Of a DNA stretch of 64,000 bases, positions 37,136-49,775 are shown one piece after another. A program made the translations under genes and the position numbers. How positions within the stretch are numbered: the stretch's first letter is position 1; each line of letters opens with the position of its first letter. Under the pieces are notes generated by a model that had not been told where the DNA came from, made no database searches, and was given only the letters and a program-made list of their open reading frames with translations. The stretch covers positions 124,001 through 188,000 of the forward strand of contig NW_026515690.1 in the NCBI RefSeq assembly GCF_025526975.1. The letters run 5' to 3'. This stretch comes from Fimicolochytrium jonesii (lineage: Eukaryota).

Positions 37136-37719
37136 ATGTCCTACGATTTCGCAGGGGGCTCTTTGAAGCTCAAGGGGCTGGACTCGGGAAAGATAAAAAA
37201 GTAAGTTCTTCTCAGCCGCTTTGGGGTCTTCGCTCGAGCACAATGTGCTCTGGCAAGCAACCATTGCCTTTTCTGATGTGCGTGGTCGGACATTGCTAAT
37301 GGCAGCTCTCGCACCTTTAGGAAATCCAAAAAGTCCAAAAAGGACAAAGAGAAGCTCTCCGCCGCCCTCTCAGCCTCGATTACATCATCCTCCGACCCCA
37401 TCTTCTCATCAGATTCCACCACAGCATCCAGTTCCCAAACCTCCAGTCTACCACCACCGCGTACCAAAACAGCCGCCGAAGTGAAGTTTGAGGAGATTCA
37501 GAAACAAAGGCAGCGGGATCGGATAGCTAAGACGGCGTCGCAGAGTCATAAGGAGCGGGTGGCGGTGAGTGACGCCTGGATCACGGGGAGTGGAGGGACG
37601 GAAACGGGGCACATTTAGGGGACATCGATACTGATGGCGGCTGATTTCTACAGGAGTTCAACAGATATTTGGAGAACTTGTCGGAACACTACGATATCCC
37701 GAAAGTTGGACCTGGATGA
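37136..37719 (+). CDS. FAM32A / DUF1754 family protein, 3 exons
   Basis: MSYDFAGGSLKLKG...TKTAAEVKFEEIQKQR...[28 protein letters not shown]. Introns 37201-37320 and 37565-37653. Confidence 0.92.
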
Positions 37720-38179
37720 GACGAGAAGGACGTGCAAGCTGCAGTTTTGGGAAAACACCGAGTTGGGAGAACTTATATATAGGGTGATGGGTGACGACTA
37801 GGATTGTCGTTAACTTCACTCAAAAGGACCGACGCATCAGAAACGATATCCGACAACATACTCGACGCGGCAACATCCACAGGAGGACTCAAAGGATATG
37901 AGAGGAGCGGTTCATTGGGAAACACTCGAATAGGTCGGATGGCACAGCAATTCAGAGTCCCAGAATCATAGGATGGCATAGCACAGGATCATGGAGATGG
38001 GTTTAAATTAGTTCCTATGCATCTATGTTGATTTCTATCTGTGGATACCGAAACCCCTTGCAAATCCATTCTGAATATATGGTGACTGCAAAAGTAAAAT
38101 ATTGGGATCGCTCTGAACGAGAAACTGGAATGCCATAGAAGGGAATGGAAACGAGCGCACGCCTTTTGGTCCGAATCCC

Positions 38180-39190
38180 TTACCAAGCCGGAGCAGGGGT
38201 CTCCCTTACTCTCACACGCACCACACCGCCGTCTCTGAACCCCGCGACCCCAAACCACTGCTTCATCTCCCGCTCAAGCTCCTCATCGACGTCCGCAATC
38301 TTCCACCGCTCAACGTCAGAAGGTCCCTTACGGATCTCCACCTCTGTGCCCATAATGCTGACCTGCCCAATGCCAGCAATGAGCATGGTCGCGAACGGAA
38401 CTTGCGGGGTGAGGGATTCGGGGGCGCGAGACATCCAGGTGTTAATCTGGTCCACGGCGGCCGGGTCAGCCGCGGTGGCGCTGAAGCGGTAGTAAGACTT
38501 CCATGGGACGCTGGGGTCGCTGGGGGTCTTGATCTGCAGGATCCAGGTCGGGTCGGCGTCGGATGGGTTCGTGGCGAGACGCAGGCGGAACTGTTTGCCC
38601 ATGATGCCTGCGCCGAGCGCCTTGTCTTGGATCAGGATTGGCTCCGTGAGCGAGTACTTTGCCAGGCCAATATCGACGAGATATGAGTCTTCCATGGCAG
38701 TTGACGAAACGAGGAGCAGCGTGTGGGTAGGCCAGGCTTGAGCTTCCAAAGCGCTCGATAAGTCATCCTCAGCGTCCTCGTTCTCGGCCTCGCTCCGCTG
38801 CGTGTTGCTGTTGCTCTCAACCGCAGCGTCGTAGACTACAGCGGCGGTGCATACGGTGACCTGGAAACCCAGCGCCCGGAGCGCACGTGCCAACAACCCA
38901 TTCAGCTCCAAGCAGTAGCCACCCCGAGTCCCACCCAGACACATCTTCTCCACCAAGTCGGCAGGCGCCAAGCTACACGCAGCGCCGCCAATGGCCTCCG
39001 GCATACGCCAGTGCAGCGAAAGGTTCTCGTAGGGGATAGAATGTAACTGCAGGTGCTGCACACGCTCCAAGGTCTCTAGGGTCGGAAGCGCGGCGGAGGC
39101 GTCATTGCTGGCGGACTTGAACCCGATGCGGGCAAGATAGGAGGACAGTTGGGCCGGGGTTAGCGTATCAGCGTTGGCGGTTTGAGTCAT
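38180..39190 (-). CDS. Arylamine N-acetyltransferase family protein (intronless)
   Basis: YLARIG, IPYENL, RGGYCLELN (catalytic Cys), HTLLLV (His), YLVDIG (Asp). Confidence 0.92.
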   Translation of the reverse strand: MTQTANADTLTPAQLSSYLARIGFKSASNDASAALPTLETLERVQHLQLHSIPYENLSLHWRMPEAIGGAACSLAPADLVEKMCLGGTRGGYCLELNGLLARALRALGFQVTVCTAAVVYDAAVESNSNTQRSEAENEDAEDDLSSALEAQAWPTHTLLLVSSTAMEDSYLVDIGLAKYSLTEPILIQDKALGAGIMGKQFRLRLATNPSDADPTWILQIKTPSDPSVPWKSYYRFSATAADPAAVDQINTWMSRAPESLTPQVPFATMLIAGIGQVSIMGTEVEIRKGPSDVERWKIADVDEELEREMKQWFGVAGFRDGGVVRVRVRETPAPAW

Positions 39191-39485
39191 GACTATCTGT
39201 ATCTCTATGTCTAAGATCTGGTAACTTGGGGGATGCTTTGGATAACCCACCAGCGATCGAGTTAGTTAAGCCGTGGGTCGGAGTCTCGGAGAGCTGGTCT
39301 AGCTGGTGGAAGGCGGCGACGCGAGCGAAGCCACGCCGCTTGCGATTTCGAAGTTGCGAGAGGTGAAGGTTTCGCTGCCGATGCACTTAGGGTTAGGGTT
39401 CGGGTGAATTGCATATTGGAGGGCTAGTTGGAGGGTGAATCTGGAGAACATCACGGCGTCACCCGCTCTTTCCCAGCCGACGAGA

Positions 39486-40966
39486 ATGTCAGTTTTTAGG
39501 TCCATAGCAGTGCTCATCGCAGCACTGCTCTGCATAATACCAACGCTAGCCACTTCACTAAGTTCGAAAATCGAAGGACTCGATGGGAAGCTGGATCGCA
39601 AAGCCGCCATAAAGTTCAACACCGCCGACTTTATGGCATTCACAGAGGCGCCGAGGAATTACTCGCTATTCGTCTGCTTGACGGCCTTGGCGCCGGAAAT
39701 GAGCTGCTTGCCTTGCAGGTCAGCTCAGCAATTGGCGTGAATTGTGGCGTTGGTGATATGTGCTCTGATATGCGGCTCGTGCTTTGGACTATATACTCGC
39801 ACACAATAGCCAGTTCGAAAGGGAGTACAACTTGGTGGCGAAATCATGGCATAAGGCCGGTGTGCCGCATTCACTGTACTTTGCGCAACTAGACTTTTCT
39901 GCTGGTCGGGAAATCTTCGATCAGGTATGCCGGGGGGTGGATGTACATGAGCGCTGGACGTTGTTTCACGGGTAATCCAGCTCACCTCATGTAATACATC
40001 AGTTCCATGTGAAAACTGTGCCCATGGTACTGCACTATCCACCGACTGAAGGGCCGCTAGCAACTGATGATAGCTCTACTAGCGATGAGCCTGAACATTA
40101 CAATTTAAATAGACAGTAAGGCACCGATGATATACTCTGTTTCTTAAGATTGTGGAGCTTACACGCGGAACATGTATTCCAGGGGCTTCAAAGCAGAAGC
40201 ACTTGCTCGATACGCCTCTGATATAGTGAAGCATGAGGTGAAGTCGCGTAGCATCGCACGTGGCAGCATCGACCACCAATTCTGACTCGATTGTATAGTT
40301 CATCATCAAGAGACCAATGAATTGGGAAATATACGGAACCATGGTAGGATCGTTCATCCTGCTCGCATTCTTCATTGCGCTTGCGTGGCCTGCGATTGTG
40401 GCAGGTGTACAGAGCCGCAAAGTCTGGTCCACAGTGTTGATTGTGAGTATAGACTCGGATGCGTCATGGGCACGTTCGGATGAGCTAACGAGACTCCTGT
40501 TGCAATAGGCGTGGGTTGTGATCATGAGTTCTGGCCATATGTGGAATTCTATCCGTGGGCCGCCGTACACAGGAACGCGGGATAAGCAGCCGGAATTTAT
40601 CTCTCCGGGATTTCAGAACCAGTACATCCTTGAAACGCATATCATTGCAGTGCTTTGTGAGGCCTATTCTGGGTGTTCGCACGTTGTTGTGCCAGGACTA
40701 ATCGGATGCGTGATTTGCAGACGCAGCATGTTCAATATCTTTCGTGGCGCTGGTAACCAGAATCCCCACTATTTCGCACCCCGCGTCCCAACGGTCGGCC
40801 GCGTACGCATGCGCGGCGGGTTTTGTCATTGTTTATTCCCTTGCACTGAGGCTTTTCCGAGCAAAGAACGGGTCGTACCCTTACAAACTGGTAGGCGAAG
40901 ATGGAGTTCATTGATGTGATGATGCAACCAGTGGAAACTCATTATGTTCTTCGACAGCTATTCTGA
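39486..40966 (+). CDS. Oligosaccharyltransferase OST3/OST6 (MAGT1/TUSC3-like) subunit, multi-exon
   Basis: Signal peptide, PRNYSLFVCLTAL..CLPC thioredoxin-like motif, FAQLDF, MSSGHMWNSIRGPPY, FQNQYILET, FRAKNGSYPYKL. Confidence 0.92.
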
Positions 40967-41311
40967 AGGCGGTTTGCATGCTATTGGTGCGAGCGCCTTG
41001 GGATGCATGTACACTAGATTTTAGAGTAGAACCAGACCGGGAGACTTCATCGCCCTCCCTATATCTACCTGTTCGCCAGAGACGGTGTAGGCCTCGCTGG
41101 TTTCCTGAACCGATATATAGTACCACGAAGCGCACAAGCTCGACCCAAGCACATTGGCCGGCAGAAGAAATCAAAACAAGCTTTCCTAGAGAGATGATCA
41201 TTCAACCAAAAAAAAACGTGCAACGGGGACGTCTACAGAAACGCGTAGACTGTCGGACAATGTACGCCATGATGCCCATGAAGAGTCGGCACCAATGATG
41301 CCGTCGCCATC

Positions 41312-43168
41312 TCACAGGGCATTCCCCAACCCGGACCGTCTTCCCCTCACAATCACATCGACCGGATTGATCAGACCGTTTCCACTCTCAGTGCCGCCCC
41401 TAGCACCCAGCGCCTGCCCCGGCGCCCAACCAAGCGCCTTCAACATCCGGTGTCCCACGTTGCTTTCCCCAATAGGCGCGCTACCCTCACCCACCGTAGT
41501 CCCAATACGCGGTTGGGCGGGATTCGGCGCCGACCCAGCATTGCCTGTGCCTGGTGCGCGAGAGCCCGACTTGTTGCCCTTCCCACCCTTCCCACGGCCC
41601 GATGCGGGCGTCTTCCTACCGCCGCCACCTTTGTTCTGCAGGCGGGTGGTAACAGTCGTCCCCGCCTTGCTCTGCTTCTGTTTCCTATGCCTCTTATCCG
41701 GAAAACCCCTATCAAACCGATCAGCAGGCCGCGCGTTGCCTTTCAATCTGCCCCCAGACTCGCTAATGACGCTTCTGATCAGGTCTTCGGTGGGTATGTG
41801 TGTCCCAGAGGATGGGGCGACGGGTATTCGGGTCTGCTTTGTGCGAGCGAGGACGCTGTGTTTGGTCGCGCCTTTGCCTTTGCTTGTGACTGTGAGCTGG
41901 TACCGCGAGGCCAGCAGGCCGACGAGACGGCGGATGGCGCTGGGCATCGGCGCTAGGTCGATGCAGTCGGCAGATCGGATCCTGGGGAAGTCGAAGTGAG
42001 ATGTCTCTTCCATCGAGCCTTCTTCCTCCTCGACCCCGGACACAAATGACCGAATCTTCCTATCCACATGACGGAGATAGGAAGACACCTGTCCGCTGAT
42101 TTCAGCTCCGTGGCCTTTCGCAAGCCCACCGGACAAGTGAGCTCGGAGGGCACGTACAGCAGCATCTGAGCCCAGCTGCTTTCGATCGACTTTGCGCTGT
42201 TTTTTAGCTTCGACGGCCTGCCGATTCCTTGCCTTCCGCAGTTGCGTTCGACTAGGATTTGGGGTGTGAGGAGAAGTTGGCTGGAAGTCACCCTTCAGAA
42301 TCTGCATTAATCGGATTTCTTCCGCCGTTGCTCGAGGGTACCGCGAGCCGGGCAGACCTTCCCCGCCTTCTTCATCAGATGAATCCGTGTCTCCCCATGT
42401 CGATTTGCCACCCTCGAAATCGCGCTTCAAGTAAGTATCATCGTCTTCGTCACTTCCGCTAAGGATGTCTATGACCTCCCCATCCGATGACGACGAATCC
42501 TCTGCATCACTCTCCACATACTCAATCAAGTCGCCATCGATATCCATATCGGCCACGCCGTCATCGAGCCCAGTAAGCATCTCTTCAAACAACCCCGCCT
42601 CCGCGCCGTCCATCCATGCGTCGGGTTTCCCAATCGAGTAGGACAAGGCGCCCAGAGACGAGATGTCGTTGATCATGGTTGATAGGTCGGCTAACCCGCC
42701 CACCGACGCGTTTTGGAGGTAGTCGAGAGCGACCGCCATCTCCTCCGGATTCATGTCCACATCCTCGCCTCCGGCACCATCTTCTGACTCCTCCTCCTCG
42801 TCGTCGTCGACTTCCATGTCTGGCCAAGCCTTGCCCTGCGGCGTTGCAAAGTACTTTTCCTGCACCCACTTGTCCTTTACCACAGGTTTTACACTCCGCG
42901 GGCTTTGTTTTTTCCCGTCCTTCCTCCTCCTTTGTCGCTCTTTCTTTGTAACGTGCAAGCTGATAAAGTCGCTCTGTAACTCAGTCACGCCTGGTGATGG
43001 TGACAAGTTTGGTGGCGGAGGTGAGACGCTTAGAACTGGCAGTGACTCGAGAGTTGTGATGAGAGAAGCGTCGCCGCGCTTGTCGACGAAGAACAACCCG
43101 GCAGAGTCTGAGTCCTCGGCACCGAATCCTCTTCTGGCAGCAGCGGCTGAGGTTCGCCTTTTCGGCAT
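41312..43168 (-). CDS. R3H + G-patch domain protein (SQS1-like)
   Basis: Acidic N-terminus with FFVDKRGD, R3H-like LAPMPSAIRRLVGLLASRYQLTVTSKGKG, C-terminal G-patch IGESNVGHRMLKALGWAPGQALG...RRSGLG. Confidence 0.85.
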   Translation of the reverse strand: MPKRRTSAAAARRGFGAEDSDSAGLFFVDKRGDASLITTLESLPVLSVSPPPPNLSPSPGVTELQSDFISLHVTKKERQRRRKDGKKQSPRSVKPVVKDKWVQEKYFATPQGKAWPDMEVDDDEEEESEDGAGGEDVDMNPEEMAVALDYLQNASVGGLADLSTMINDISSLGALSYSIGKPDAWMDGAEAGLFEEMLTGLDDGVADMDIDGDLIEYVESDAEDSSSSDGEVIDILSGSDEDDDTYLKRDFEGGKSTWGDTDSSDEEGGEGLPGSRYPRATAEEIRLMQILKGDFQPTSPHTPNPSRTQLRKARNRQAVEAKKQRKVDRKQLGSDAAVRALRAHLSGGLAKGHGAEISGQVSSYLRHVDRKIRSFVSGVEEEEGSMEETSHFDFPRIRSADCIDLAPMPSAIRRLVGLLASRYQLTVTSKGKGATKHSVLARTKQTRIPVAPSSGTHIPTEDLIRSVISESGGRLKGNARPADRFDRGFPDKRHRKQKQSKAGTTVTTRLQNKGGGGRKTPASGRGKGGKGNKSGSRAPGTGNAGSAPNPAQPRIGTTVGEGSAPIGESNVGHRMLKALGWAPGQALGARGGTESGNGLINPVDVIVRGRRSGLGNAL

Positions 43169-43553
43169 AGCGGCTGAGGTTAAGGGGAAGACCTGTTTTC
43201 AAGACGAATTTTGCCACAACTTGGCAGAACGAAGCCGACAACGGAAATACAGTAGGTCGCTTTTCGCGATGTCTTTTTGCGGTCAACCTTTGGTAACGTT
43301 CGTTGGCGGAAAGGAACGGCTCCTGCTTCAGTACAAACGAGCTTGGTCGTTATGGTGGTTTTCGAGTTGGCCAATTGAGAGCAGAATTGAGAGGAGCGTT
43401 GAGTGAATTTCCGCCAACACGACGCGCAGCTGGAACTCAGCTCGAACCTCTCAAACCTGCTCTCAAACTGGCAATTGCAACGTCGTCCTCCACAGCCCCC
43501 TTAGCGACCAAACATCACAAGCATATCGCAAGGCTGCCATTACCTATAGAAGA

Positions 43554-44495
43554 ATGTCGTCGACAAATGAAGACTTAGATGTCCACCTGGACAGGTTCGC
43601 GGAGCGCTGTCCCGTTTATCAATCTGTTGCGAAATTCTCTCTGACCCTTGCCAACTCTCTCCATATAGCTTGCCTTACATCGACGGAGCTGTCCCCCCCG
43701 ATCGTACGTCTGTTATTTGATATTCAGCTGAGCAGGCTGAACCGCTTACGAGTCCTTGCATTCGGATCTTAGTTGCGGAGGTAGTCGACAATCTGATAGC
43801 AGAGGAGCTAGCGCGGGGACCGAAACCAACGGACATCCTGCTCCCACCAGAGATCACACTGTTCGAGGTAAATAGGAGACCCTGCGGACCATTGTAGGGG
43901 CTTTTCCATGCCTGTGCTGACGCTCATCTCATACGTTTTCTATCTGTAGTCCAATCCACTTCTCGCCGCGGACCTAGAACGTGTAGCCAACACCTCCAAA
44001 CCAACAACCCTCATCAATACTACCCGCTTCCGACTTGAACCACCACCACAAAAGTCGTCACTCGAAACATGGGAGAAGGCAGTCGAGAACGCGCAGGCAC
44101 AGCTGGAACACCAATCCAATCGGTTGATCAACCTAGAACTAGTCAATTCATTTGGGTCGAATGCGTGGAAGGTACATTGTCATCAGCTGGAGTGGTTGAA
44201 CAAGAGCTTGGCAAAGGAGGTGGAGGAGATCAAGAAAGAGGTGGTGGATATAAACAAGGACAGGAAAGTTGAGCAGGTACTTAGTCATGAGGCATATCCA
44301 TTGCGTTAGAAGCAAGCATGTGACACTGACCCCCATATCTCATCGCAGCTCAAAGTCGGTCAAACGCTTCAGCAATTGTCGTACCGGTATTCGATGATGC
44401 TGCATCAGACGCTGCAAGTTGACGCAGCGACCAATGCTTTAGAGAGAGAGGTGGAAGCGTTACGGGCTCAGAAGGAGCAACTTTCGCAGGCTTAG
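43554..44495 (+). CDS. Pre-mRNA splicing factor SPF27/BCAS2, multi-exon
   Basis: LPYID N-terminal motif, WEKAVENAQAQLEHQSNRLINLELVNSFGSNAWKVH, INKDRKVEQ, C-terminal coiled coil ending TAG 44493-44495. Confidence 0.9.
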
Positions 44496-45137
44496 ATGTG
44501 TGAAGAGCCGGATGCTTGGACGAAAAGGAAACGGCGTACCTGCGATTGGAGCCCCGGGCCGCGATACCACACGCAGTTGCGGGCGTGGACGACATCGGGT
44601 ATGTAGGGCAATTCATGAAGCAGGTTGACCAGGTTCCGAGGAACCGTTCCGCGGTCCTCCGAGGCACCAAGATGTGAAGGCACAACCTTCATCTGGAATC
44701 GAGCTGGGATATGAATCGCACCGAGAATATTTACATGAAGACGCATAAAACGTGCAAAGGAGTTGCGACCTTGCAGATGGCGAGAAAACCTAGCTTCATA
44801 GTTCACCTTCTTTTCTTGACATGGGGAATACAGTCATGTACATACATACACCGGTAGCACAAAATGGATGTGTTGAAAGCCGCATTTCAATCATACCTCC
44901 GAAGAGCAAAGTTTGAGAGATCGGCATTCGGTTTCGATAAAGGGAGTCCAAAAGCGCTGGAACAGGACGACATTTTGCGCTTGAAGCACAATATTCGCAG
45001 TATTCAAGGAGTACGTGTCCTCCACGTTATTCGCTGACTGATGTTATTCACTGAAGACTAGAGAAGGCATTTTGTATGTACGCCATTTTGATGACTACAA
45101 TGATGGTATTGAATGGACTACTGCTGCAGTCATAGAT

Positions 45138-47700
45138 CTAGCACTTTGTCACCTCCGTATACTGATGAGGATCCCCATCGTTAAGAAACGTCGCCAATAC
45201 GATGCTTAGCGCAATGTTATGGCGGGCATTGATGATGGTCTGAGGATCATCGGCCCATGATTCCGTGACCTCACCCACAGCACCACGGGCAATGGCATCA
45301 GCCATCATGCACACAAACGTACCGCAGTTCTCGTCATCCGTCTGTCGAGGGGAGAATAGGGCGGAAGCATTGCCAGTAATATTCAGTGACGGAGGGTTGA
45401 GGGGGTCGCTAGTCGCCGTGATGTACCACTTCCACAAGATGGATCCGATGTTGGCCATCTTAGCAACGTAGCCCTTGTCGTTCGGGTGAGGCTTTGAGTC
45501 GAATAAAACGAGGGAGACATCTTTCCATCTGGTTAATGGCGAACCAGGGCGCAGCGGTTTGGCGGACTTGGGGATGGGTACTGCCTTGAGTATTGCAAAC
45601 AGGACCCAGTGCAGATTGTCTGGGTTTGTTGGGAATAGCAGTATGTTGTACTCTGCGACGTTGACAGACCGCTTAACAAAAACCAAGAAACAGAAGTTAG
45701 TTCAAGCGCAGGACAGTGAAGAAAACAAAGTCAAGAACTTTACTTACCCGAACAAACGGAAGAGGGACCTTAATTTCCCTTCATTTCTGATATTTTGGAG
45801 CCAACTCGATCCAACCGCTAGCAGTGGTGGATAAATGGTCGGGTGCCGTGACGACCTGGACTGTAACAACGCACACCACCTAAACAGAGCAGTGATGTGT
45901 GATAAGCATCAGTGAGAGACAACAACGACACGCGCGCATTTGAAGAAAGAACACACCTGTTGACAGCTTGATCGTTCAGCCACTTATCGGGTTTGACAAT
46001 CTTCCGAATGGTAGCGGGTGCTATAATCGACGACACTGTCGGTATCTCCAGGTCTCCTTCTCCTTCCTTTTTATCACACCCGAGAGCCCACTGGCCCACC
46101 GGCATAATCGTGCTACTGATTACGCGCTCAAGGAAGGCGATATGCTTTTCATCCACCTCTGGCCACGGCTCGCCTTTCCACATTGCCGGCCCGGGAGAGG
46201 AGGAGGTCGTTGGTAGTTCGACAATCTCCGCGTCGTCCACACCTTCCGTTACTCCTTCCACGCAGTTGGCGTCCTCGAGTTCGACTTCCTCGAGTCCGAT
46301 GTCCAGAGGAGTAACCTCAACGTCTATGCTTATTGCCGAGAGGTCAGGGGTGAGCTCTTCGTTGTTGATGTTGTAGGTAGTGTTCGCACCGTCAACCGTC
46401 TTGTCAATCTGTCGCCCGGCGTCCTCGTCAGCTCCCTCAACTCCCCCGCCGCGCTCTGCCACGATCTCAACCCCGCCGCCGCGCTCTGCCACGATCTCAA
46501 CCCCGCCGCCGCTGTCTGCCACGACATCAACCCCGCCGCCGCGCTCTGCAATGACATCCACTCCCCCGAAAGCAAAACCAATGTTGAGGGTTGAGATGGC
46601 GCTGGGTGTGGTAGTGCGGGTTGGGCCGGGTGTTGTGGGCTGGTGACCTCCTTCCCGGTTCTGTGCCCATGCAGCCCCGTCGACAAACTGGTGGATACGC
46701 GCGCCGGGCCGCTTTGCGAGGGGGTCATTCGGGAGAACCGGAGCAAAAATGTCATCTAAAATACATGGGTGAGTGTGCGGTCAATGCCAGAGGGATCGGT
46801 CGCCTTACCTAGAGACAGCTTCTGCCCCTTTTTACGCCACTTGAATTCCAGGGAAGGTGCGTACATTCCCCACATGTCTCGCTGACCTTCATCCATTTTT
46901 GCTTTTGCCAGCGCGGCAAAATATGGATGATATGGTGGACACCCGCTCGCAAAAGGGTATCGCTCATGGAAGGCTGATATCTCCCTAAAACGTGTTCTCT
47001 GACACTCCTTCACGAATGCCTGATTGTAGCGTTCTTTGACAAACGCGACGACATCCTCCCTGGAGGTAAAGTACATGCGGCGTTTGGGGCATGTTTCTAT
47101 AATACCACACATTAGTGGCCGACGACATGAGGACAACGGCAACTGAACCATTTGTAACTTACGTGCAAGTGTGCGAAAATGGGTCTCGATCCGCTGATAA
47201 ACATTATCAGCATTAGCCGACCCGTCACTAAGCATCGCAGACAGCATCGGAGACGTCCCTGTTGCTGTTGCACGCTCCGTAGTGTGATCAAAGGTAAACA
47301 ACCCAAATTCGATACTGGGGTCGGCGTAGGTGAGCAGACGTTTCGCGGCACTCAATAACGCGTCGAGGGCATCGGCCGCATCGCCCGGAGTTGGAGGAGT
47401 TGGGGACAACGGAATCCCTTCGATCGCATCCTTCTCTCCCGCTCCAAGCTGGTCAAATAGATGTTTTCGTCGGGCGGTTACCCAATGGAGACGGTTGTTG
47501 GGGTGTGCAATTGTGGTGGCACATTCCTCCGCGGATTCGACGTTGAGGCTGAATCGTGAGATGATTCCGACTTCATCTTGCTTCAGAAGTGTATTAAAAC
47601 GACTGAATCCGTGTACCGGTGCCGCAAGCTTTGCCCGTTTCCCCTCCGTTTCCCCTTCAGATTCGTTTCGTCGCTTAGTCTGTAAAACAAGAGACATAAA
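45138..47700 (-). CDS. Ulp1/C48-family (SUMO/ubiquitin-like) cysteine protease with long unknown N-terminus, multi-exon; possibly TE-associated; start uncertain
   Basis: KWLNDQAVN, LLFPTNPDNLHWVL (His), LFDS (Asp), PRQTDDENCGTFVC (Gln, Cys). ORFs 46756-47826, 45818-46561 and 45138-45686 are linked by GT-AG introns. Confidence 0.8.
46437..46567. repeat. Coding 30-bp tandem repeat (~4.3 copies) encoding GGGV(E/D)(I/V)VAER in the Ulp1-like gene
   Basis: Unit TCAACCCCGCCGCCGCGCTCTGCCACGATC with a few substitutions. Confidence 0.92.
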
Positions 47701-48196
47701 AGCGTGAACATGTGCCAAGCGGGAACAGCAGGTGCGAGTGAGAGTGTTCTGCAAATGCGGGCAAGTCCTGCCATCTACGCCTTTCCTCTCGCGCGTGCCA
47801 TCACTCTCTGCGGCAGTCCCTCCCACCAGTCCCTCACGTTATTATCGGACGGACGCCTGCAGCAACGAGGTGGGACTTCCGCACTTCCGTCTCCCGTCTC
47901 CATTGTCTCCATCCCGTCATCCCGTTGCCTGTCCATTGAACTCATGAACTACGTTCCTCGTCCAGAGCATAGTCCAGGGAGTCCCCCTTGCGACTCGCGC
48001 GACTCGCGAGGCACTTTGATGTGAAAACACTGTTGGGAACATTGTTTGTCTGTGGGGGGCGATGACGACGACGGCCTCCCTCTCCCTCCTGCTCTCCCTC
48101 CTACTCCTACTCCAGGACTCCTACTTCCGCTCACGACGAAGAGAACTCCCACCTCCCAACTACACTACACTCTCTCTCAGCACACACCAAAGCGAC

Positions 48197-49281
48197 ATGC
48201 AAAAGTATCAACGGAACCTCGCCCTCGTATACCCCCTCACCGTCGCCGTAGGCTCCGCTATTCATACCACCATCCAAGTCCCGTATACCATCTTTGCCGA
48301 CAGAAGGAACCCCCTAAACACCGTCTTTGCCAAGAGGGGATGGGTACGTGACCACAACGAGCGGCGGGTTTCGAGTTTCCCAGAGAGGGCTGGAAGAATA
48401 CATTTCCGTCTCACACTCACTTTCTTCCCCATCATGCAGTTCTGGACAGGCACGACGTTATTTTTGTTCCTGCTACTTTCATCCACGGATCGAAAAAGGG
48501 CACCCATCATCCGCTGGGCACTCGCTACACTGTACTGGGTCATTTTCGCGCAATGGGCATTTGGACACTCGGTGTTTGATCGTGTTTTGACCATGAGTGG
48601 AACTTGCTCGATCGAGGAACATGGACATCCCGCTATTTGTAGGAAGAATGGCGGCGAGTGGCTTGGGTTCGATGTTTCCGGGCATTGCTTGTGAGTTGGG
48701 ATTTTTTCGCTTGGAGGATGCGTGCATCCGCAAACCCCCTACTCACATTCTCTCTTTCTCCCTATAGCCTTCTGATCCACATGTCACTCTTCATCTTTGA
48801 AGAACTCCAAATCCTCATCGCTCCATCGGCATCGACATCGGCATCGGCATCCACGACATCATCCCAACAAAAGCCCACCCCCGACGCCGTAGATTACTCA
48901 ACCGACACCTCCGTCTCCTCCACCGACGGCGCCACCCTCCCCTCCATCCCCGTCACCCCCTCCACCACCCCCCTCACAACCCTCCGCTCGCGCCTCCCCC
49001 ACCCCACATCAACCGCCATCCTCTCCTCGATCCTCATCTTCCTGCTGATGCTCTGGTACTGCATGTTGATCGCCACGTCGCTGTATTTCCACTCGTGGCA
49101 GGAAAAGGTGATGGGCACGGTTGCGGGGATGGCGTATTGGGTGGTCATGTATGTCGTGGTGTGGCCAAAGTGGTTTCCGGGGATGGCGCCGGGGTTGCCC
49201 AAGGGAAAGGAGATTTATGGGGGGAGCGGGATTGGAGGTGGGAAGAAAAGGGCCGCGGCGATGAGGGTTAAGCGGCAGTGA
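48197..49281 (+). CDS. FIT / SCS3-family ER acyl-CoA diphosphatase (fat storage-inducing transmembrane protein), 3 exons
   Basis: RNPLNTVFAKRGW-FWT, QWAFG, GFDVSGHC, TSLYFHSWQEK motifs. Confidence 0.9.
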
Positions 49282-49498
49282 GGGATGAGCACACGGACGT
49301 AGTGGATCGTAGAATTTAGGATGATAGGACGTAATGGGGCGTTTTTCCCCGCTGTGTAGACGGACCCGAAGGGTGGGAGCGCTGGAGAAAGGATTCGTCT
49401 GTATCTAGTGGCATAAAGGTTTGAAATAACCAAAATCAAGAAGACCAAGCTCGAATGCCCCCGGGCTTTAAAGAACATTTCGTGCACCAACAGTTTAA

Positions 49499-49701
49499 TC
49501 ACCCCATCACCGCCCGAAGAATAGCGTCAACACCATCCTCACCAGCCGGTCCCCTCCCAACTACCGTCTTCACCGCCTCCTCAACATCCCTCCAACTCTC
49601 CACAATGTCCACCGCGCCCACCTCCTTCAACTTCCTTCCAATCACTTCCCTCCGCCGTTCCTCAACAAGCCCCACGAACCCAATGACCGCCACGCCGGCC
49701 C
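49499..49701 (-). pseudogene. Orphan terminal exon of a HAD-like hydrolase
   Basis: After a CGTAG acceptor: AGVAVIGFVG...LKEVGAVDIVESWRDV, resembling the C-terminus of HAD subfamily IA enzymes. No upstream exons are visible; the AIF-like gene sits there. Confidence 0.45.
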
Positions 49702-49775
49702 CTACGGTGGTTGAGCGAGAGATTCTTGATTCCCAACGAGCGAAGCGAGGACATATGCAGCTCAGGCCGGACGAG

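Noticed and set aside
47740..47900. RKCG... / DGRTCP resembling a Mutator-type zinc knuckle upstream of the Ulp1-like gene
   Set aside because: The pieces are in different frames and lack the full CCHC set.
44830..48060. Terminal inverted repeats or Helitron ends around the Ulp1-like gene
   Set aside because: No convincing TIR pair, TSD or hairpin-CTAG terminus found by eye.
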